A DNA stretch of 64,000 nucleotides from assembly GCA_965644265.1 (NCBI GenBank), contig OZ286469.1, positions 50,158,001-50,222,000 on the forward strand, written 5' to 3'. Below the pieces are notes generated by a model. That model had not been told where the DNA came from. It searched no databases and saw only the letters and a list, made by a program, of their open reading frames with translations. Below, piece after piece: positions 63,328 through 64,000 of this stretch (its first letter is position 1; each line of letters starts with the position of its first letter). The DNA comes from Glycera tridactyla. Taxonomy: Eukaryota. Both the position numbers and the translations under genes were made by a program.

Positions 63328-63500
63328 CAGTCAAACCTGTCCATGAAGGCCACCTTCAGTTGCCTTAAAAAGTGGCTTTATAGGCAGGTGGTCTTTATAG
63401 AGAGGTTATTCACTGTTGAAAATGCGCTCACATTCGCAGCTCAGGACGGCCTTTATGGGCAGGTTGTCTTTAGAGGTGGTCTCTTGAGCAGGTTTGACTG
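63328..63500. mobile_element. MITE family A
   Basis: TA|CAGTCAAACCTG ... CAGGTTTGACTG|TA with a perfect 12-bp TIR. The body is inverted relative to the 62830 copy. Confidence 0.9.
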
Positions 63501-63772
63501 TATGTGGTTTTCCTATCATCACCCTGGAAATGAACATGTATTATTGTACTGTTTGCTCTGACGATATTGAATAAAAAGTTGAAATACAAAGAATAAAAAC
63601 AAAAATTTACTTTGCTGACATTCCAGTGTCCTTATTAATGGTCTCTATATGCGATGGTTCCAGCTGGCAAAACACCTATATAACTCTAACAGATCGGAAA
63701 CGTATGGCATCAATCGATTAATCGATCAATCCTTCAATCAAAAGATAAAACATTGATTGCCACAACCACGTA

Positions 63773-63950
63773 CAGTCGAACCTCTCTATAAAGACCGCCT
63801 TGGGTCTCATAATAGAGTGGCCTTAATGGGGAGGTGGTCTATATTGAGAGGTCATTTACTGTTGGAAAAACTACCATGGTCGCAGCTCATGGTGGTCTTT
63901 ATAGATATGTGGTCTTAGTGGAGAGGTGGTCTTTAGAGGAGGTTCGACTG
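63773..63950. mobile_element. MITE family A
   Basis: TA|CAGTCGAACCTC ... GAGGTTCGACTG|TA with a perfect 12-bp TIR. Confidence 0.9.
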
Positions 63951-64000
63951 TATTCATTAGGAACATCCAATAGGGTCATCGTACCCTCATTATTATTGAC

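Noticed and set aside
1534-63950. Autonomous transposon, retroelement or viral ORF
   Set aside because: No transposase, reverse transcriptase, integrase or capsid motifs appear in any listed ORF. All elements seen are short and non-coding.

Overview
Animal (bilaterian invertebrate-like; inference) genomic DNA with long introns, microsatellites, G/C homopolymers, small non-autonomous DNA transposons and 11 N-blocks (2,185 bp in total). Only one protein-coding gene is supportable: the last two coding exons of a + strand Mad/Mxi1 (MXD family bHLH-ZIP MAX partner). These lie at 9348-9540 (leucine zipper plus Ser-rich region) and 44014-44141 (acidic C-terminus and stop) and are joined by a 34,473-bp phase-1 intron. 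The SID and bHLH exons were not found and are probably upstream of the window. The other ORF-track entries show no recognisable protein and are treated as spurious. The most notable non-coding signals are: (1) three perfect GTTGC-N3-GCAAC RFX X-boxes plus several near-perfect ones, a 19-bp minisatellite made of X-box-like units, and an X-box/CCAAT promoter-like region at about 53.0-53.4 kb; (2) a 416-bp CAGTG-ended element with a 5-bp target duplication nested inside a TA-flanked pogo/Tigger-like MITE; (3) a 56-bp x ~18 tandem array with higher-order variant structure (not CRISPR); (4) a 300-bp cluster of nested palindromes at 15.4-15.7 kb; and (5) a candidate alternative terminal exon at 16525-16601. 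I cannot claim a new biological system from the sequence alone. The RFX-site landscape is the best lead.
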